57,336 bases of DNA from a virus (IMGVR_UViG_3300028790_000006:1-57336); one strand, 5' to 3'; positions 8,727-19,700 are shown, counted from the stretch's first letter. Notes: generated from the letters alone by a model not told the origin. Program-made: numbers and translations.

Positions 8727-9127
8727 TCCAGGGCATCGAGGTGCTGAACTTCTGGGTGCCCGGCCCGCCGAAGACGAAGGGCTCGCTCGACGTCGTGAAC
8801 TCGGGGCGGGGCGGTGGCCGCCCGGTCCTGCAGGACTCGCCGGCGTCGAAGCGCTGGCGAAAGCTGGTGGCGTACCTGGCCGAGCAGGCGAAGCGCGATG
8901 CGACGCAGGGATTCCCGCTGGACTGCGCGGTGGCCGTCGACCTGGCGTTCGTGCTGTCCGGGGATCCGACCGCGCCGCGGTCGGGCGACCTGGACAAGCT
9001 CTATCGCAACGTGCTCGACGCGCTGACCGACGCCGGCGTCTACGAAGATGACGTGCAGGTGGTCCGGCTGTCCGGGTCGAAGGTGGGCGATGGCGACCCG
9101 GGCGTCCGGGTGCGAGTGGTGATCTAG
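8723..9127 (+). CDS. rusA: RusA-like Holliday junction resolvase
   Basis: VPGPPKTKGS and DLDKLYRNVLDALTDAGVYEDDVQV. Confidence 0.9.
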   Translation: MIQGIEVLNFWVPGPPKTKGSLDVVNSGRGGGRPVLQDSPASKRWRKLVAYLAEQAKRDATQGFPLDCAVAVDLAFVLSGDPTAPRSGDLDKLYRNVLDALTDAGVYEDDVQVVRLSGSKVGDGDPGVRVRVVI

Positions 9128-9349
9128 GTGGAGCGGGAAGAGCGCGAGATCCGCGTCCGAGCGGTGGTCGAGACTCTGCGGCAGTTGTCAGAGTGGGACG
9201 ACGAGGCTCGATCGGCGCCGGAACTGGAGATGTTGGCCACGACGGTGGAGACCTACGCGCTACATGATGACGGCCACCTGTGCTGTCTCATGTGCCAAGA
9301 GGTCCATTGCGATGAGGGCTGCCCGCTCGACGGCGTCCGGTTGCCATGA
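9128..9349 (+). CDS. Hypothetical protein, Cys-rich C-terminus
   Basis: Abuts the RusA stop; CCLMC..HC..GCP. Confidence 0.6.
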   Translation: MEREEREIRVRAVVETLRQLSEWDDEARSAPELEMLATTVETYALHDDGHLCCLMCQEVHCDEGCPLDGVRLP

Positions 9350-9504
9350 CGGGCGACATGGCCCAGTGCCCGTACCGCATGGGCACCGGGGACCGGAAGT
9401 GCGATCAGGGCTGCTGGGACTATCCGCGCTGTCTGGACCTGGGGAAGCCGGGCCGGGTCGAGCGTGCCGTGGCCCTGGTCCGAGCACGACTTCGGCGCCG
9501 CTGA
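9346..9504 (+). CDS. Small Cys-containing hypothetical protein (52 aa)
   Basis: MTGDMAQCPYRMGTGDRKCDQGCWDYPRC...; overlaps both neighbours. Confidence 0.5.
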   Translation: MTGDMAQCPYRMGTGDRKCDQGCWDYPRCLDLGKPGRVERAVALVRARLRRR

Positions 9505-10148
9505 TGGACGCGCAGGCGTGGCTGGCCGAGTTCGCGGCCCGGGCCGCGGCGGCTGAGGCGCGCTGGCGCGCTGAACGCGACGAGCTCTGGGCGCGGGTCG
9601 GCGGCGGGGCTGCGGTCGCGGTGGTGCGGGGCGGCGGGACGGTGGTGCTCGAGCCGGCTCGTGAGGTGACCGGGGACGTGCCCGCGGCGGCGTGCGGGCG
9701 ACTGCTGTCGGCCGCCCTGGCCGCGGGCTGGGATACGCGGGTCACGCGGGCGCTGGCCGCGGTGCCGAAGGTCGGGCTGCTGGAGTCGTACGCGGTCCGG
9801 GCCCGCCGCCACGATGAGCGGCTCTGGGCGTGCTGGTGGAACGGGTCATTCGAGGCCGCCCAGTATTTCCGGGCCGGCGGCCGCGTCGAGACGCTCGGCG
9901 CGCAGCGCATGGCCGAGACGGTGGCGGGGCCGCAGCCGGCGGACGGCATGAGCGTGGCGCAGATCAAGACCCTGGCCGCCGAGCGCGGCATCAAGATCCC
10001 CAGCAAGTACAACAAAGCGCAGGTCATCGACCATGTGAAGGCGCACGGCCTGGTGGCCGCACCGCCCCCGCCGGCCGTGCGTGGTGTCCTGGACGCGATC
10101 GAGGGCCTACACTTGGCGCGTCACTTGGTCAGTCCGATGGCGTCATGA
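9504..10148 (+). CDS. Hypothetical protein with a Rho-N/HeH-like nucleic-acid-binding motif
   Basis: TGATG start at 9504; MSVAQIKTLAAERGIKIPSKYNKAQVIDHV. Confidence 0.65.
   Translation: MDAQAWLAEFAARAAAAEARWRAERDELWARVGGGAAVAVVRGGGTVVLEPAREVTGDVPAAACGRLLSAALAAGWDTRVTRALAAVPKVGLLESYAVRARRHDERLWACWWNGSFEAAQYFRAGGRVETLGAQRMAETVAGPQPADGMSVAQIKTLAAERGIKIPSKYNKAQVIDHVKAHGLVAAPPPPAVRGVLDAIEGLHLARHLVSPMAS
10111..10130 (+). promoter_or_regulatory. Degenerate operator motif copy 4, upstream of the terminase genes
   Basis: ACTTGGCGCGTCACTTGGTC (2 changes from ACTTGACGCGTCACTAGGTC). Confidence 0.65.
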
Positions 10149-10172
10149 CACATGGGGAGGTAATGCCCGGTT

Positions 10173-10823
10173 ATGGCACGATCTGACACACTTCCCCGGC
10201 TCCGCGGCCCAGTGTTCTGCGGCGCGACCAGGCGCAACGGCTCGACCGACTGCCGCCGCCCATCGGGCTGGGGGACCGATCACCCCGGCTGGGGCCGGTG
10301 CAAGCTGCACGCTGGCTCGACCCAGGCGCACGGGGAGTCGGCCGCCCTCGCCCGGGCGCAGGCCACCGCGCAGCTGTTCGGCGTGCCGCGCGACGTCGAC
10401 CCGATTACCGGCATGCTCGAGACCTATCACCAGACCATGGGCCTGCTCGACGCCATCGAGGCCATGTGCCTGCAGCTGGTACCGGCCGAGGTGGTCTGGG
10501 GCGTGGTCAAGGAAAAGCGGGTCGGGGACGGCGAGCCCGGCGATGACGACGAGGGCCTGACGCCGGTGGAGCGCGAGTACGCGCCGGGCATCAACATCTG
10601 GGTGAAGCTGCTGGCCGAGTGGCACGATCGTGCGTTCAGCGAGGCCGAGCGCATCCTCAAGCTGGGTCTGGACTCGCGACGCGTCGAGCTGGCGCAGTCG
10701 CACGTGGCGGCCATCGTGGCCGTCCTGCTCAGTCCGGACCTGGCCCTGTCCGACGACCAGCGGCGGGCGGCGGCGCGCATCATGCGGACCATGGACCAGC
10801 GGGCCGCGATCGAGGCCACGTGA
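10173..10823 (+). CDS. terS: Terminase small subunit
   Basis: CGATRRNG..C....GWGTDHPGWGRCKLHAGST Zn/HGGxSTG-like N-terminus; position upstream of TerL. Confidence 0.7.
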   Translation: MARSDTLPRLRGPVFCGATRRNGSTDCRRPSGWGTDHPGWGRCKLHAGSTQAHGESAALARAQATAQLFGVPRDVDPITGMLETYHQTMGLLDAIEAMCLQLVPAEVVWGVVKEKRVGDGEPGDDDEGLTPVEREYAPGINIWVKLLAEWHDRAFSEAERILKLGLDSRRVELAQSHVAAIVAVLLSPDLALSDDQRRAAARIMRTMDQRAAIEAT

Positions 10824-10954
10824 CCTGGGATGAGTTCCTGGCCACGCCGCCCCGCGATCTGCCGTGGTGGGGCCAGGTCGCGGTGGCGCTGGTCGTCCTG
10901 GGCGCGGTGGCTGCCTGGACTCAGCCCTGGCGGCGGCGGTTACCGAGGACATGA
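10820..10954 (+). CDS. Small membrane protein
   Basis: GTGA start; WWGQVAVALVVLGAVAAW transmembrane stretch with a basic tail. Confidence 0.55.
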   Translation: MTWDEFLATPPRDLPWWGQVAVALVVLGAVAAWTQPWRRRLPRT

Positions 10955-11187
10955 GGCCACGTGTAAACGTCTGTGGGTGCCTGACACGCGAGTTTGAGCG
11001 GGTCCACGTTGGCCTGGGGTGCGCGTGTCGCCCACCTGCCGGCCGTGATCGCCAGGTCATCGGACTGCGGTGCGTGCACTGCCGCCGCGAGCCAGAGATT
11101 GGAAGCCGAAAGGCCTACGCGGAAGCCTGGTCGTCGTCGCCCTGGGGTGCGGACGACATCGAGTTCTGTCCCAGCAGCGGACCATGA
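10951..11187 (+). CDS. Cys-rich hypothetical protein
   Basis: ATGA overlaps at both ends; CGC, CAC and CVHC. Confidence 0.5.
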   Translation: MRPRVNVCGCLTREFERVHVGLGCACRPPAGRDRQVIGLRCVHCRREPEIGSRKAYAEAWSSSPWGADDIEFCPSSGP

Positions 11188-12701
11188 CCGGGGTTCTGAC
11201 CGCGGCGGCCGACCTGATCGACCCGGACGTCTCGGTCGAGCGGCCCGAACTGGCCACCCCGGCCACGCTGGCCGCCCACCTCGACCAGACCTACCAGCTG
11301 CGCGCGCACCTCGTGCTGATCGGCGAGGAGCTCGCCGAGTTGGAACGCGGCACCGCGTTCGACCGGCTCATCGTCAACACGCCGCCGCGGGTCGGCAAGA
11401 CGCGCCTGGCCGTCGAGTGGTTCGTCTTCTGGTGGCTGATCAAGCACCCGACGCACCGGGTGATCATCGCCTCGTATGACGACTCGCTCGCCCAGCGGGC
11501 CGGCAAGCACATCCGCCGGCTCATCGAGATGTACGGGGCCCGGTACGGGCTGGTGATGGAGCACGGGTCGGCCGCCGCGAAAGACTGGTCACTGACCACC
11601 GGCGGCGGTGTGCGGTCCGTCGGCATCGGGTCCGGCATCACCGGTCACGACGGCGACGTGCTGATCGTGGACGACCCGACCAAGTCCCGGGCCGAGGCTG
11701 AGAGCGCCCGTCGGCGTGACTCGGTGTACGACTGGTGGTCGTCGGAGTTCTCCACCCGCGTGGTGCCGGGCACCCGGATTTTGATGATCCAGACGCCCTG
11801 GCACCCGGACGACCTGCGTGTGCGCGTCGTGGCACAGGAAGGCCGGATCGAGAACGGCGGCCGCTGGCGCGAGGTCATCATGTCGGCCATCTGCGAAGAT
11901 CCGAAGACCGACCCGCTCGGTCGGGCGCCCGGCGAGCCGCTCCCGCACCCGCGCATCCCCGATGGCGAGACCGGCCGCCTGCTCAAGTGGTGGGAGCGGA
12001 TCCGCTCGGCCATCGCGGTGCGGGACTGGCGGGCGCTCTACCAGTGCGACCCGAAGGCGCCCGAAGGCCAGCTGATCACCGAGACGCTGCTGCGTGAGCG
12101 CCGCTGCCACGAGACCGGCACCTGCTCGACCCCGACCAGGACGGGGGTGGCCATCGACCCGAGCGGCGGCGGCCGGGACACGGCCGGCATCATCGGCGGG
12201 TACCTGGGCGAGGACGGCCGGTGCCACTTCACGCACGACGCGTCCGGGGTGATGCCGTCCGACGCGTGGGCCCGGGCGGCCTGTGTGATGGCCGCCGACA
12301 TCGGGGCCGAGTTCTTCGTGGCCGAGAAGAACTACGGCGGCGACATGATCAAGCTCATGTTGCGCACGTCGTGGGACGCGCTGCGGACGGCTCAGCCGGC
12401 GCGGTTCGGCTTCATGCCGCGGATCATCGAGGTCACCGCGAAGAAAGGGAAGGTGCTGCGCGCCGAGCCGATCGCGCAGCAGTGGACGGAGAACCGCATT
12501 GTCACCGCGGCCTACCTGCCCGACCTTGAGTCCGAATGGTCCACCTTCATGCCGGGTAGTACGGAGTCCCCGGGCCGCATCGACGCGTCGGTCTACCTGG
12601 CGTATGAGCTGCTGCCGCTGCCGTCGGCCGGTGTGCCGTCGAGCGCTGGCGTCTCGTCGTTCATCGACGCCACCCTGCTGGGCGGGACCTGGGGCCGGTG
12701 A
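11184..12701 (+). CDS. terL: Terminase large subunit
   Basis: PPRVGKT, LIVDDP, QTPWHPDDL, nuclease motifs AIDPSG, EKNYGG, SPGRIDA; ATG at 11184. Confidence 0.93.
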   Translation: MTGVLTAAADLIDPDVSVERPELATPATLAAHLDQTYQLRAHLVLIGEELAELERGTAFDRLIVNTPPRVGKTRLAVEWFVFWWLIKHPTHRVIIASYDDSLAQRAGKHIRRLIEMYGARYGLVMEHGSAAAKDWSLTTGGGVRSVGIGSGITGHDGDVLIVDDPTKSRAEAESARRRDSVYDWWSSEFSTRVVPGTRILMIQTPWHPDDLRVRVVAQEGRIENGGRWREVIMSAICEDPKTDPLGRAPGEPLPHPRIPDGETGRLLKWWERIRSAIAVRDWRALYQCDPKAPEGQLITETLLRERRCHETGTCSTPTRTGVAIDPSGGGRDTAGIIGGYLGEDGRCHFTHDASGVMPSDAWARAACVMAADIGAEFFVAEKNYGGDMIKLMLRTSWDALRTAQPARFGFMPRIIEVTAKKGKVLRAEPIAQQWTENRIVTAAYLPDLESEWSTFMPGSTESPGRIDASVYLAYELLPLPSAGVPSSAGVSSFIDATLLGGTWGR

Positions 12702-12718
12702 CGATCTAGGCTCAAGGC

Positions 12719-12895
12719 ATGTGGCCTTCCGTTCAGTCCATCGTCGCCGCCCGTGCCGCCGCGACGCCCCCCACTCCGCCAGCCCAGGGCGTGCCGGTCT
12801 GGCCGCAGGGCGTCGCGTCAAACATCGCGGCCACCACGCCGACCCCGTGGCCGACCGCGTCCAGCGTGACCGCCGCTCGCGCCGCGACACGCTGA
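12719..12895 (+). pseudogene. Small Ala/Pro/Thr-rich peptide with an apparent 1-nt deletion in a C-run
   Basis: TAGGCT-6-ATG; adding one C at ~12770 gives MWPSVQSIVAARAAATPPTPP...WPTASSVTAARAATR, which has an internal repeat. Confidence 0.4.
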
Positions 12896-12899
12896 CTCC

Positions 12900-12919
12900 A
12901 CTTGACGCGTCACTAGGTC
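12900..12919 (+). promoter_or_regulatory. Operator/promoter motif copy 5
   Basis: ACTTGACGCGTCACTAGGTC; TTGACG-18-TACGGT-7-ATG(12939). Confidence 0.88.
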
Positions 12920-12938
12920 GGGCGCTACGGTCGTCGGC

Positions 12939-13124
12939 ATGGGAGACGACGACCGTATGAAGGCTGCGCGCGAGCTGGCCGACCGTCGAGCGCGTGAGGC
13001 CGACGAGGCCACGCGCAAGAGCGACGAGGCCACGCAGCAGATCCTGGACGAGCAGCGCGTGGAGAACCAGAAACGCGCGCGCCTGGCCCAGGAAGAGGCC
13101 GACCGGACCAGGGGGAAGCGATGA
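12939..13124 (+). CDS. Highly charged helical microprotein (61 aa)
   Basis: E/R/D/A-rich; leaderless; ATGA overlap with the next gene. Confidence 0.75.
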   Translation: MGDDDRMKAARELADRRAREADEATRKSDEATQQILDEQRVENQKRARLAQEEADRTRGKR

Positions 13125-13384
13125 GCGACGAGCTGGCCGCCGTGGTGACGCCCACGGTTGAGATCGACGGCGAGACCTGGCGGGCCGGGGACGTCGGTAT
13201 CGACGCGTCCGGCCGCGAGGTCAAGCTGGTCCGGATCGGCAAATCGTCCTGGGCCTGGGTGGGCTTCGGCATCGACACCGATATCCCGCTGGACATGGTC
13301 ACGAGGCCGCTGGCCAAAGTGCACCTGGTCAAGCACGGCGAAGAGGCCGCGTTCTGCGCCACGTGGCACGCGGGCGGGTTCTAG
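13121..13384 (+). CDS. Hypothetical protein
   Basis: 87-aa ORF with RBS GGGGAAG, coupled to both neighbours. Confidence 0.65.
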   Translation: MSDELAAVVTPTVEIDGETWRAGDVGIDASGREVKLVRIGKSSWAWVGFGIDTDIPLDMVTRPLAKVHLVKHGEEAAFCATWHAGGF

Positions 13385-13749
13385 TGGCGACCGGTGCTGG
13401 CTGGCTGCCGGCCGAACTCACCCGCGCTCAGCCGTACTCGATGGGCCCGGTGCTGGGCTGTCCGACCCGCTGTCAGCGGCTCATGATCATGCCGGCGGCC
13501 GGGACGAGTCAGCGCCTGGACAACCCGGGCGTGTTCATCGCCGGGGCGTTCATCGCGCCGGCCGCGGTCCAGCGCGCTGCCCAGGCGACCGGTGAGCGTG
13601 CGCTGATCATGGAGTACCCGAAGGGCCTGCGCGAAGCGCTCGGCCTGGTGCCGCCAGAGGCCGAGCGGTCGCCGTCGCCGGCCGAGCGCGTGCTGACCGA
13701 GAACCAGCAGAGCTTCGTGGACGCGCTACTGGCGCTGGACGAGGACTGA
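13384..13749 (+). CDS. Hypothetical protein
   Basis: TAGTG overlap start; high GC at third codon positions. Confidence 0.6.
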   Translation: MATGAGWLPAELTRAQPYSMGPVLGCPTRCQRLMIMPAAGTSQRLDNPGVFIAGAFIAPAAVQRAAQATGERALIMEYPKGLREALGLVPPEAERSPSPAERVLTENQQSFVDALLALDED

Positions 13750-13750
13750 C

Positions 13751-13876
13751 GTGGAGACCGGGACCGAGGGCCAGCCGCCGCTGAGTGGATGGCCGCTGGC
13801 CATCACGCTGTCCGTATTCGCGCTGGCGGTCGCCGCCTGCTGCGTCGGGGTGACCTGGATTGTGGGGACCACGTGA
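13751..13876 (+). CDS. Small membrane protein (41 aa)
   Basis: GAGGA RBS; LAITLSVFALAVAACCVGVTWIV. Confidence 0.5.
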   Translation: METGTEGQPPLSGWPLAITLSVFALAVAACCVGVTWIVGTT

Positions 13877-14298
13877 GACTGCTCTTCGCTCTGGCACTGG
13901 TGGTCATCATCGCCAGGCTGACCAGGCTGGCGATCGTGGACGAGTGGCCGCCGGCCAAGGGTCTGCGGCACTGGTTCGTGCGCACCTTCGCCACCGTCGA
14001 CCGCCGCGGCAACGTGGTGCCGGACCCGGCGCGCTGGGGGCGGCTGGCCGGCCTGGCGCACGCGGTGGCCTACGTGTGGACCTGCCCGTGGTGCATGTCC
14101 ATCTGGGTCGGGTTCGCCGTCTGGGGCATCGCTGACTGGTCGTTCTGGGGCGCGAAGGCCGACATGAGCGTGTCGTGGCCCTGGGCCATTCTGGCCGCCG
14201 GGTCAATGCTGGCCGGCTGGGATGCCAACATGCAGGGCGAGCACGACAAGCGCTACGAGGTCATGGAGCGCAAACTGCTCGGACACGACGACTCGTAG
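13873..14298 (+). CDS. DUF1360-like membrane protein
   Basis: RLTRLAIVDEWPP and TCPWCMSIWV. Confidence 0.75.
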   Translation: MRLLFALALVVIIARLTRLAIVDEWPPAKGLRHWFVRTFATVDRRGNVVPDPARWGRLAGLAHAVAYVWTCPWCMSIWVGFAVWGIADWSFWGAKADMSVSWPWAILAAGSMLAGWDANMQGEHDKRYEVMERKLLGHDDS

Positions 14299-14311
14299 AT
14301 AGGATCAAGCC

Positions 14312-14917
14312 ATGCCTAACGATGTGACCCTGGTGGCCGACGGCCCGCAGAATGACCGGCTCGTCGCGCTCGCCACGGCGGCCAAGCTCATGGAGTCCTG
14401 TTTCTGCGGCGTGGCCGGCTGCACCACGGAGGGCGCGGTCGCCGCCGCGCAGCGGGTCACCGCAGTGGCCGACGTTTTCGTGCGGTACATCCGGGGCACG
14501 GTTAGGATCAAGTTCGGCCCTGCGGTCATCACCGAGCAGGATTCAGCAGACATCGTTCGAACCGTAGGAGGCAACATGGCAACCATCGACACCAGCCAGG
14601 TCGCGACGTGGACCGTCGACACCGAGGACGACCGGGGCTTTGACGTTGACGTCGCCCTAGACGTCACCAACTCCGACGACGCGGTGGCGACCGTCGAGTT
14701 CATCCCGGCCGCCGACGGCGAGCTGGCGAAGATCGTGGCCACCGCGGTGGGCCTCGGCTCGACCCTGATCACCGTGACCGCGCCGGGCAGCGACCCGCTG
14801 GTCACCGGCTCGCTCTCCCTGGACGTGGTCGCCGGTGGCGTCGCGACCATCGAGTTCGGCGAGGCCGAGGTCACCGAGCAGGTCACCACCCCGCCGCCGG
14901 CCGAGCCGGTCCTGTAG
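14312..14917 (+). CDS. Ig-like beta-sandwich protein (possible internal start at 14576)
   Basis: Beta-rich C-terminal half (ATAVGLGSTLITVTA); TAGGAT-6-ATG at 14312; AGGAGG-ATG at 14576. Confidence 0.6.
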   Translation: MPNDVTLVADGPQNDRLVALATAAKLMESCFCGVAGCTTEGAVAAAQRVTAVADVFVRYIRGTVRIKFGPAVITEQDSADIVRTVGGNMATIDTSQVATWTVDTEDDRGFDVDVALDVTNSDDAVATVEFIPAADGELAKIVATAVGLGSTLITVTAPGSDPLVTGSLSLDVVAGGVATIEFGEAEVTEQVTTPPPAEPVL

Positions 14918-15101
14918 TTCCCCCTAGCGCGACCGGGCCAGCCGTCCCGGATCTGCGCCGGATCAGCGCCGCCGCGTCTCCCCCGCCTGGTCGTATTCCC
15001 CGTTCGGCCAGGCGGTCGCGGTGGCGCTGTTCTGTGCCTGGCGGTGATCTCCGTCTACGATGGCGTCAACTGTCCGGCCACGGCGAACCACGGGGGTGAG
15101 C

Positions 15102-16709
15102 ATGCCGCAGAGCCTGCGTATGCCGGCCCTGATCGCCGCACCGACCCCGGCCGCCGACGTGGTGGTCGCCGCCGCCCAGGCGTACACCCCGACCGAGTGG
15201 CGTAACGCCCAGGTCTTCGGCGGCAACAACCCCTGGGAAAACGAGGCCTGGGGGTTCTGGGACACCCTCGGCGAGTTCTATCAGGCGGTCGACTGGCAGT
15301 CCCGGGCCATGTCCCGGATCCGGCTCGGCGCGGCCGAGGTGGTGCCCGGCGGCGACGAGCCGGAGATGCTGACCGAGGGCGCCGCGGCCGACCTCATGCA
15401 GTCGTTCTGCGGCGGCGCGCCCGGCCACTCGGCCTTCCTGCGCGCCATCACCCCGCAGATGCTCGTGCCCGGACAGGGCTGGCTGATCGCCGAACGCAAC
15501 GACCCGTTCGCCCCCCTGGCCACCGCGGACTGGGGCGTCTACTCCATGGACTGCGTACAGGGCCTCGGCTCGACCTTCCAGGTGCGGGTGGGCCCCGGCG
15601 CGTGGCGCTACCTGGCGCCAGACAACCTGCCCATGCGCATCTACAACCCACACCCGCGCTGGCCCTGGCTGGCCACCTCGTCCGCCCAGGCCGCCCTGCC
15701 GATCATGCGCCGCATTCACCTGATCGACTCACGCATCGTCGCCATGATGGTCAGCCGGCTGGCGATGAACGGGCTCATGCTCATCCCCGAAGAGGGCACG
15801 CTCGGGGTGCCCGACACGTACAAAGACGCGCCGGACCCGTTCGTCGCCATGTTGATCGACATCGCGTCGCGCAACATCGCCAACCCAGGGCAGGCGTCCG
15901 CCGGCATCCCGATCCCCGTGCGGTTCGCCGGCGAGCTGATCGACAAGTGGAAGATCCTCAAGCCCGATGACCCGCTCGACGAGTGGCTGCTCAAAGAGCG
16001 CACCGACGAGCTGGGCCGACTCGGCGACACGCTGGGCATCGCGCGGGAGCGCGTCACCGGCGGCATGGGCCAGCAGAATCACTGGAACGCGTGGCAGGTC
16101 AGCGAGGAAGAGGTCAACCTCGCGTTCTCTCCGCTGGCCGAAGTGATCTGCGGGGCGCTGACCAAGGCGTACCTGGTGCCGATGCTGACCGCGTCCGGCC
16201 AGTCCCTGGTGGGCCCGAACGGCGGCAAGCTCATCGCCTGGTACGACACCAGCGAGCTGGCCGCGCGCCCGGACAACAGCGCCAACGTGCGCCAGGCCTA
16301 CGTCGACGGCGTGGCCAACGAAGAGGCCTACCTGCGCGAGATCGGCCTGGGCGAGGCCGACGCGCTGCGCGACCCGGACGAGATCGAGACCTGGGCCTAC
16401 AAGCGCTTCATCGTCGGCGGCACCGCCGAGCTCGCCCCGGCGGGCCTGGCCGGTCTGACCGGCGTCCAGACTCCGGCGGCTGGGGCCGCGGCACCGCCGG
16501 CTGCATCCGGCGCACCGGCGACGGGGCCTTCGGTCTCGGCGTCAGAACCCGCGGCCCCAGCGGCCGGCCCCCCAGCCACGCGCGGCACACCCCCGCCGGC
16601 GCCGGTGACCGGTCCGCCGGCCATGGCCGCGTCCGGCGTGCTGCGCAAGGTGCTGGTCGAAGCCGGCGCGCTGAACGGGCACAACGGACACAATCCCCAG
16701 TCGGGGTAG
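15102..16709 (+). CDS. Portal protein
   Basis: Position and size; WENEAWGFWDTLGE, IYNPHP and NHWNAWQ motifs of actinophage portals. Confidence 0.85.
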   Translation: MPQSLRMPALIAAPTPAADVVVAAAQAYTPTEWRNAQVFGGNNPWENEAWGFWDTLGEFYQAVDWQSRAMSRIRLGAAEVVPGGDEPEMLTEGAAADLMQSFCGGAPGHSAFLRAITPQMLVPGQGWLIAERNDPFAPLATADWGVYSMDCVQGLGSTFQVRVGPGAWRYLAPDNLPMRIYNPHPRWPWLATSSAQAALPIMRRIHLIDSRIVAMMVSRLAMNGLMLIPEEGTLGVPDTYKDAPDPFVAMLIDIASRNIANPGQASAGIPIPVRFAGELIDKWKILKPDDPLDEWLLKERTDELGRLGDTLGIARERVTGGMGQQNHWNAWQVSEEEVNLAFSPLAEVICGALTKAYLVPMLTASGQSLVGPNGGKLIAWYDTSELAARPDNSANVRQAYVDGVANEEAYLREIGLGEADALRDPDEIETWAYKRFIVGGTAELAPAGLAGLTGVQTPAAGAAAPPAASGAPATGPSVSASEPAAPAAGPPATRGTPPPAPVTGPPAMAASGVLRKVLVEAGALNGHNGHNPQSG

Positions 16710-16712
16710 GCC

Positions 16713-19700
16713 GTGGTGCAGCGCGTTCAAGGCCTGCGCGATGACCAGATCATGGCCTGGGAGGCGCGTCTCGAGGCCCAGATGGTCGAGTCGTTGCAGG
16801 CCGTCATGGATAAGATCGCCGCCCGGATTGCGAAGATTCAGACGGCGTCAGCGCGCGTGCTCGTCGCGGTGGCGACCACCGGCCCGGACGGGGACGACGA
16901 CCCGCCGCCCATGACCGCCGAGCTGGAGATCCCGGCCCCGGTCCCGCAGCCCGAGACCATCCCGGCGACCCCGGACCTGCCGCCCGGCCAGCCCTACATC
17001 TCACCCGACGACCTGGCCTCCATCCCGCCGCTCTGGCAGCAGGCGGTGGCCGACCAGCTGCTGCCGCTGGCGGCCGAGGTCTTCGTGGACTCGGCGCTCA
17101 AGGTCCGGGCCGAGATGATCGACGCGCTGCCGCTGCGCAGCATCCCGGCCCTGGGCAGTCTGGCCGCCGAGCAGTACCTGGCCCAGGCGAAGAACACATT
17201 CGAGCAGGTCGGGGATCACCTGTGGGCCACCGCCCGGGCGCAGCTGTCGCAGGGCTTCGAGGCCGGCGAGTCCATCCCGCAGCTGGCCGACCGCCTGCGC
17301 CAGAGCGCCGGCCTGTCCGCCCGGACCGGCGTGCTGGTCGCCCGCACCCAGGTCATTGAGGCTTCAAACTCCGGCTCGATCGCCATGGCCCGGGTCAGCG
17401 GCATCGAGATGCTCAAAGAGTGGATCGCCACCCCCGACCTGCGCACCCGCCCCACCCACCTGGCGGCGGATGGCCAGCGGGTCGCGCTCTCGGCCCCGTT
17501 CCTGGTCGGCGGCTTCACCTGCGACTTTCCGGCCGCCCCGAACCTGCCGCCCTCCGAGCGGTATTCGTGCCGCTGCACCCAGGGCTACGTCATCCCGGAC
17601 CGGGAAAAGGCGCCGCCGCGTGCGGATCCGCTGACTGAACTGCCTGGCACCAGCGCGCCGGCCACGATCGACGACCTGGCGGCTGAGCAGTCCGCCCGCC
17701 TCGGCGAGATCATCGACGACCAGCACCAGCAGCTCGAAGCCGTCATCGACGACGTGCACGAGCGCTTTCAGCGTCGATTCCTGGCCAAGCCGGCCGGCCC
17801 GGGGTTCGACCAGCCCGCGTACGGCGACCATCCGCCCGGCTATGTCCGGCCGTCGCTGCAGGCCGCGAAGACGCCGCGCCAGCTGCGCAAGGTCTGGCAG
17901 GACGAGGTTCAGGCCGTCACCGGATACCCGTTTTTCGTGGACGCGATGCCGCGCGGGATCTCCATGGCCACGGCGCGCGAGTACGCCGAGGGCACGCTGC
18001 AGATGTTCGCCCAGTTCCCGGCGGCCAAAATGGATCGGATTCACTGGTTCGACGAACCGACCGGCCCCTACGCCCGGGTCCGGACCGGCGGCCACGCCAT
18101 CGAGATCAACATGCGCTACGCGGCCGAGTCGGCGCGGTCGCGGTTCCTGGCCTCGCGCAGGAAGGACGTGGTCGCGTGGGAGACGCGGCCCACCGCGTGG
18201 AGCGTGCGCAACGACGTCCCCGCGCAGGGCGTCATCTATCACGAGTTCGCCCACATCATCGACGAGGAGAACCTGCGCCGGGCCATCCATCCTCAACTGG
18301 TCCCGCTGATGATCCGCCACGCCCAGCGCGAGGGCGTCACCGACATCGACGACCTGATCAAGCGTCGGGTCTCGACGTACGCGACCGAGAGCCATCACGA
18401 GCTCATCGCCGAGGCCACCACCGATGTCATGGTGAACGGGTCGGCCGCGTCTGCCATGTCGCGCGAGATTTTCGACCTGATGCGGGCCGAGTACCGCCGG
18501 CGCGGCTACGAGATCCGCGACGCCGCGCCCGACCTCGACGCAGACCTGGCGGCCGAGGCCGAAGCGGCCGGCAACGTATTCCCGAAGGCGCCGAGCCTGG
18601 CCAGCCGCACCGTCGCCGACCTGCGGGCGCTGGCCAGGGAGCGCGGCATCACCGTGCCGGCCGGCACGCGCAAAGCCGACCTGGTGCGCCTGCTCGACGA
18701 GTCCCCGCCCGGTCCAGCGGTCTCGGCGCCTGCGGTTCGCAGCGCTCGGTCGATCACCGACCTAGCTAATGAGACCCCGATCCGCGTCACGCCACTTGAG
18801 GGCGGCGTCACGGCGAAGGTCGAGCGACTCGACTTCGCAGGAGGTGATTCGGCCGTCCGCAAGGACTACATGGGGTTGCGCTCCGGTGGAGCGGAAGCGC
18901 TGCGTGACGCTGACCACCGCGTGTCGTCCGAGGTGCTGGCCGCTGATGTACTCCGTGCCGTTGGCGTGCGGGCACCAGCCGTGGTCCGGCTCAACGATCA
19001 CACACTGCTCATGGACTTTGTCGCTGGAGATCAGGGCGGGGCTGACGGCGTTCTCAAGGCGCCGGCGGCCATCGTGCGTAGCGCGGAGGGACGTCGACTG
19101 GGGCTGGCCGACGCGATCATGGGCCACCGGGACCGGGCCGGCGGCAACTGGATGCGCGCGCCGGACGGCGGCATCGTGGCCATCGACAATGGCGGAGCCT
19201 TCGGCGGCGTCGGCGCGGACCGGGCCGCAGCGGGCAACCCTTTCACGTCCTTCCTGATGGGTCCATATGAGGAGTCCCCCTGGAAGGCCAGGATTGAGCT
19301 TCCGTCCGATATCGACCTGGCGGAGATCCGGCGGAAGCTGCTGGCCCTGCGGCCGAGATTTGACGATGCCGGATTCCAGCGCCAGTTCAAAGACATGCTG
19401 GGTCGTCTCGATGAGGTCGGGCGCCGCGCCGTCCGCGTTCCACCCGCGCCGCGTCTCGCCCCCGACGTCGACCTGATCCCCGGCGCCCCCGGGCCGGCAT
19501 CCGCGCCGGTCGCCGGTCCGCGTCTGGCCACCATGAAGGTCGGTGAGCTGCGCGACCTGGCCCGGGCCCGCGGCATTCCCGACGCGGCCAAGCTGCGCAA
19601 GGCCGACCTGGTCAAGGCGCTCGAGGCCTCGGGCGCCGGACCCGACCTCGCCGACGTGGCCCGGACCAGGCAGGCCGTGATCGACGACCGGCGCGCCGTC

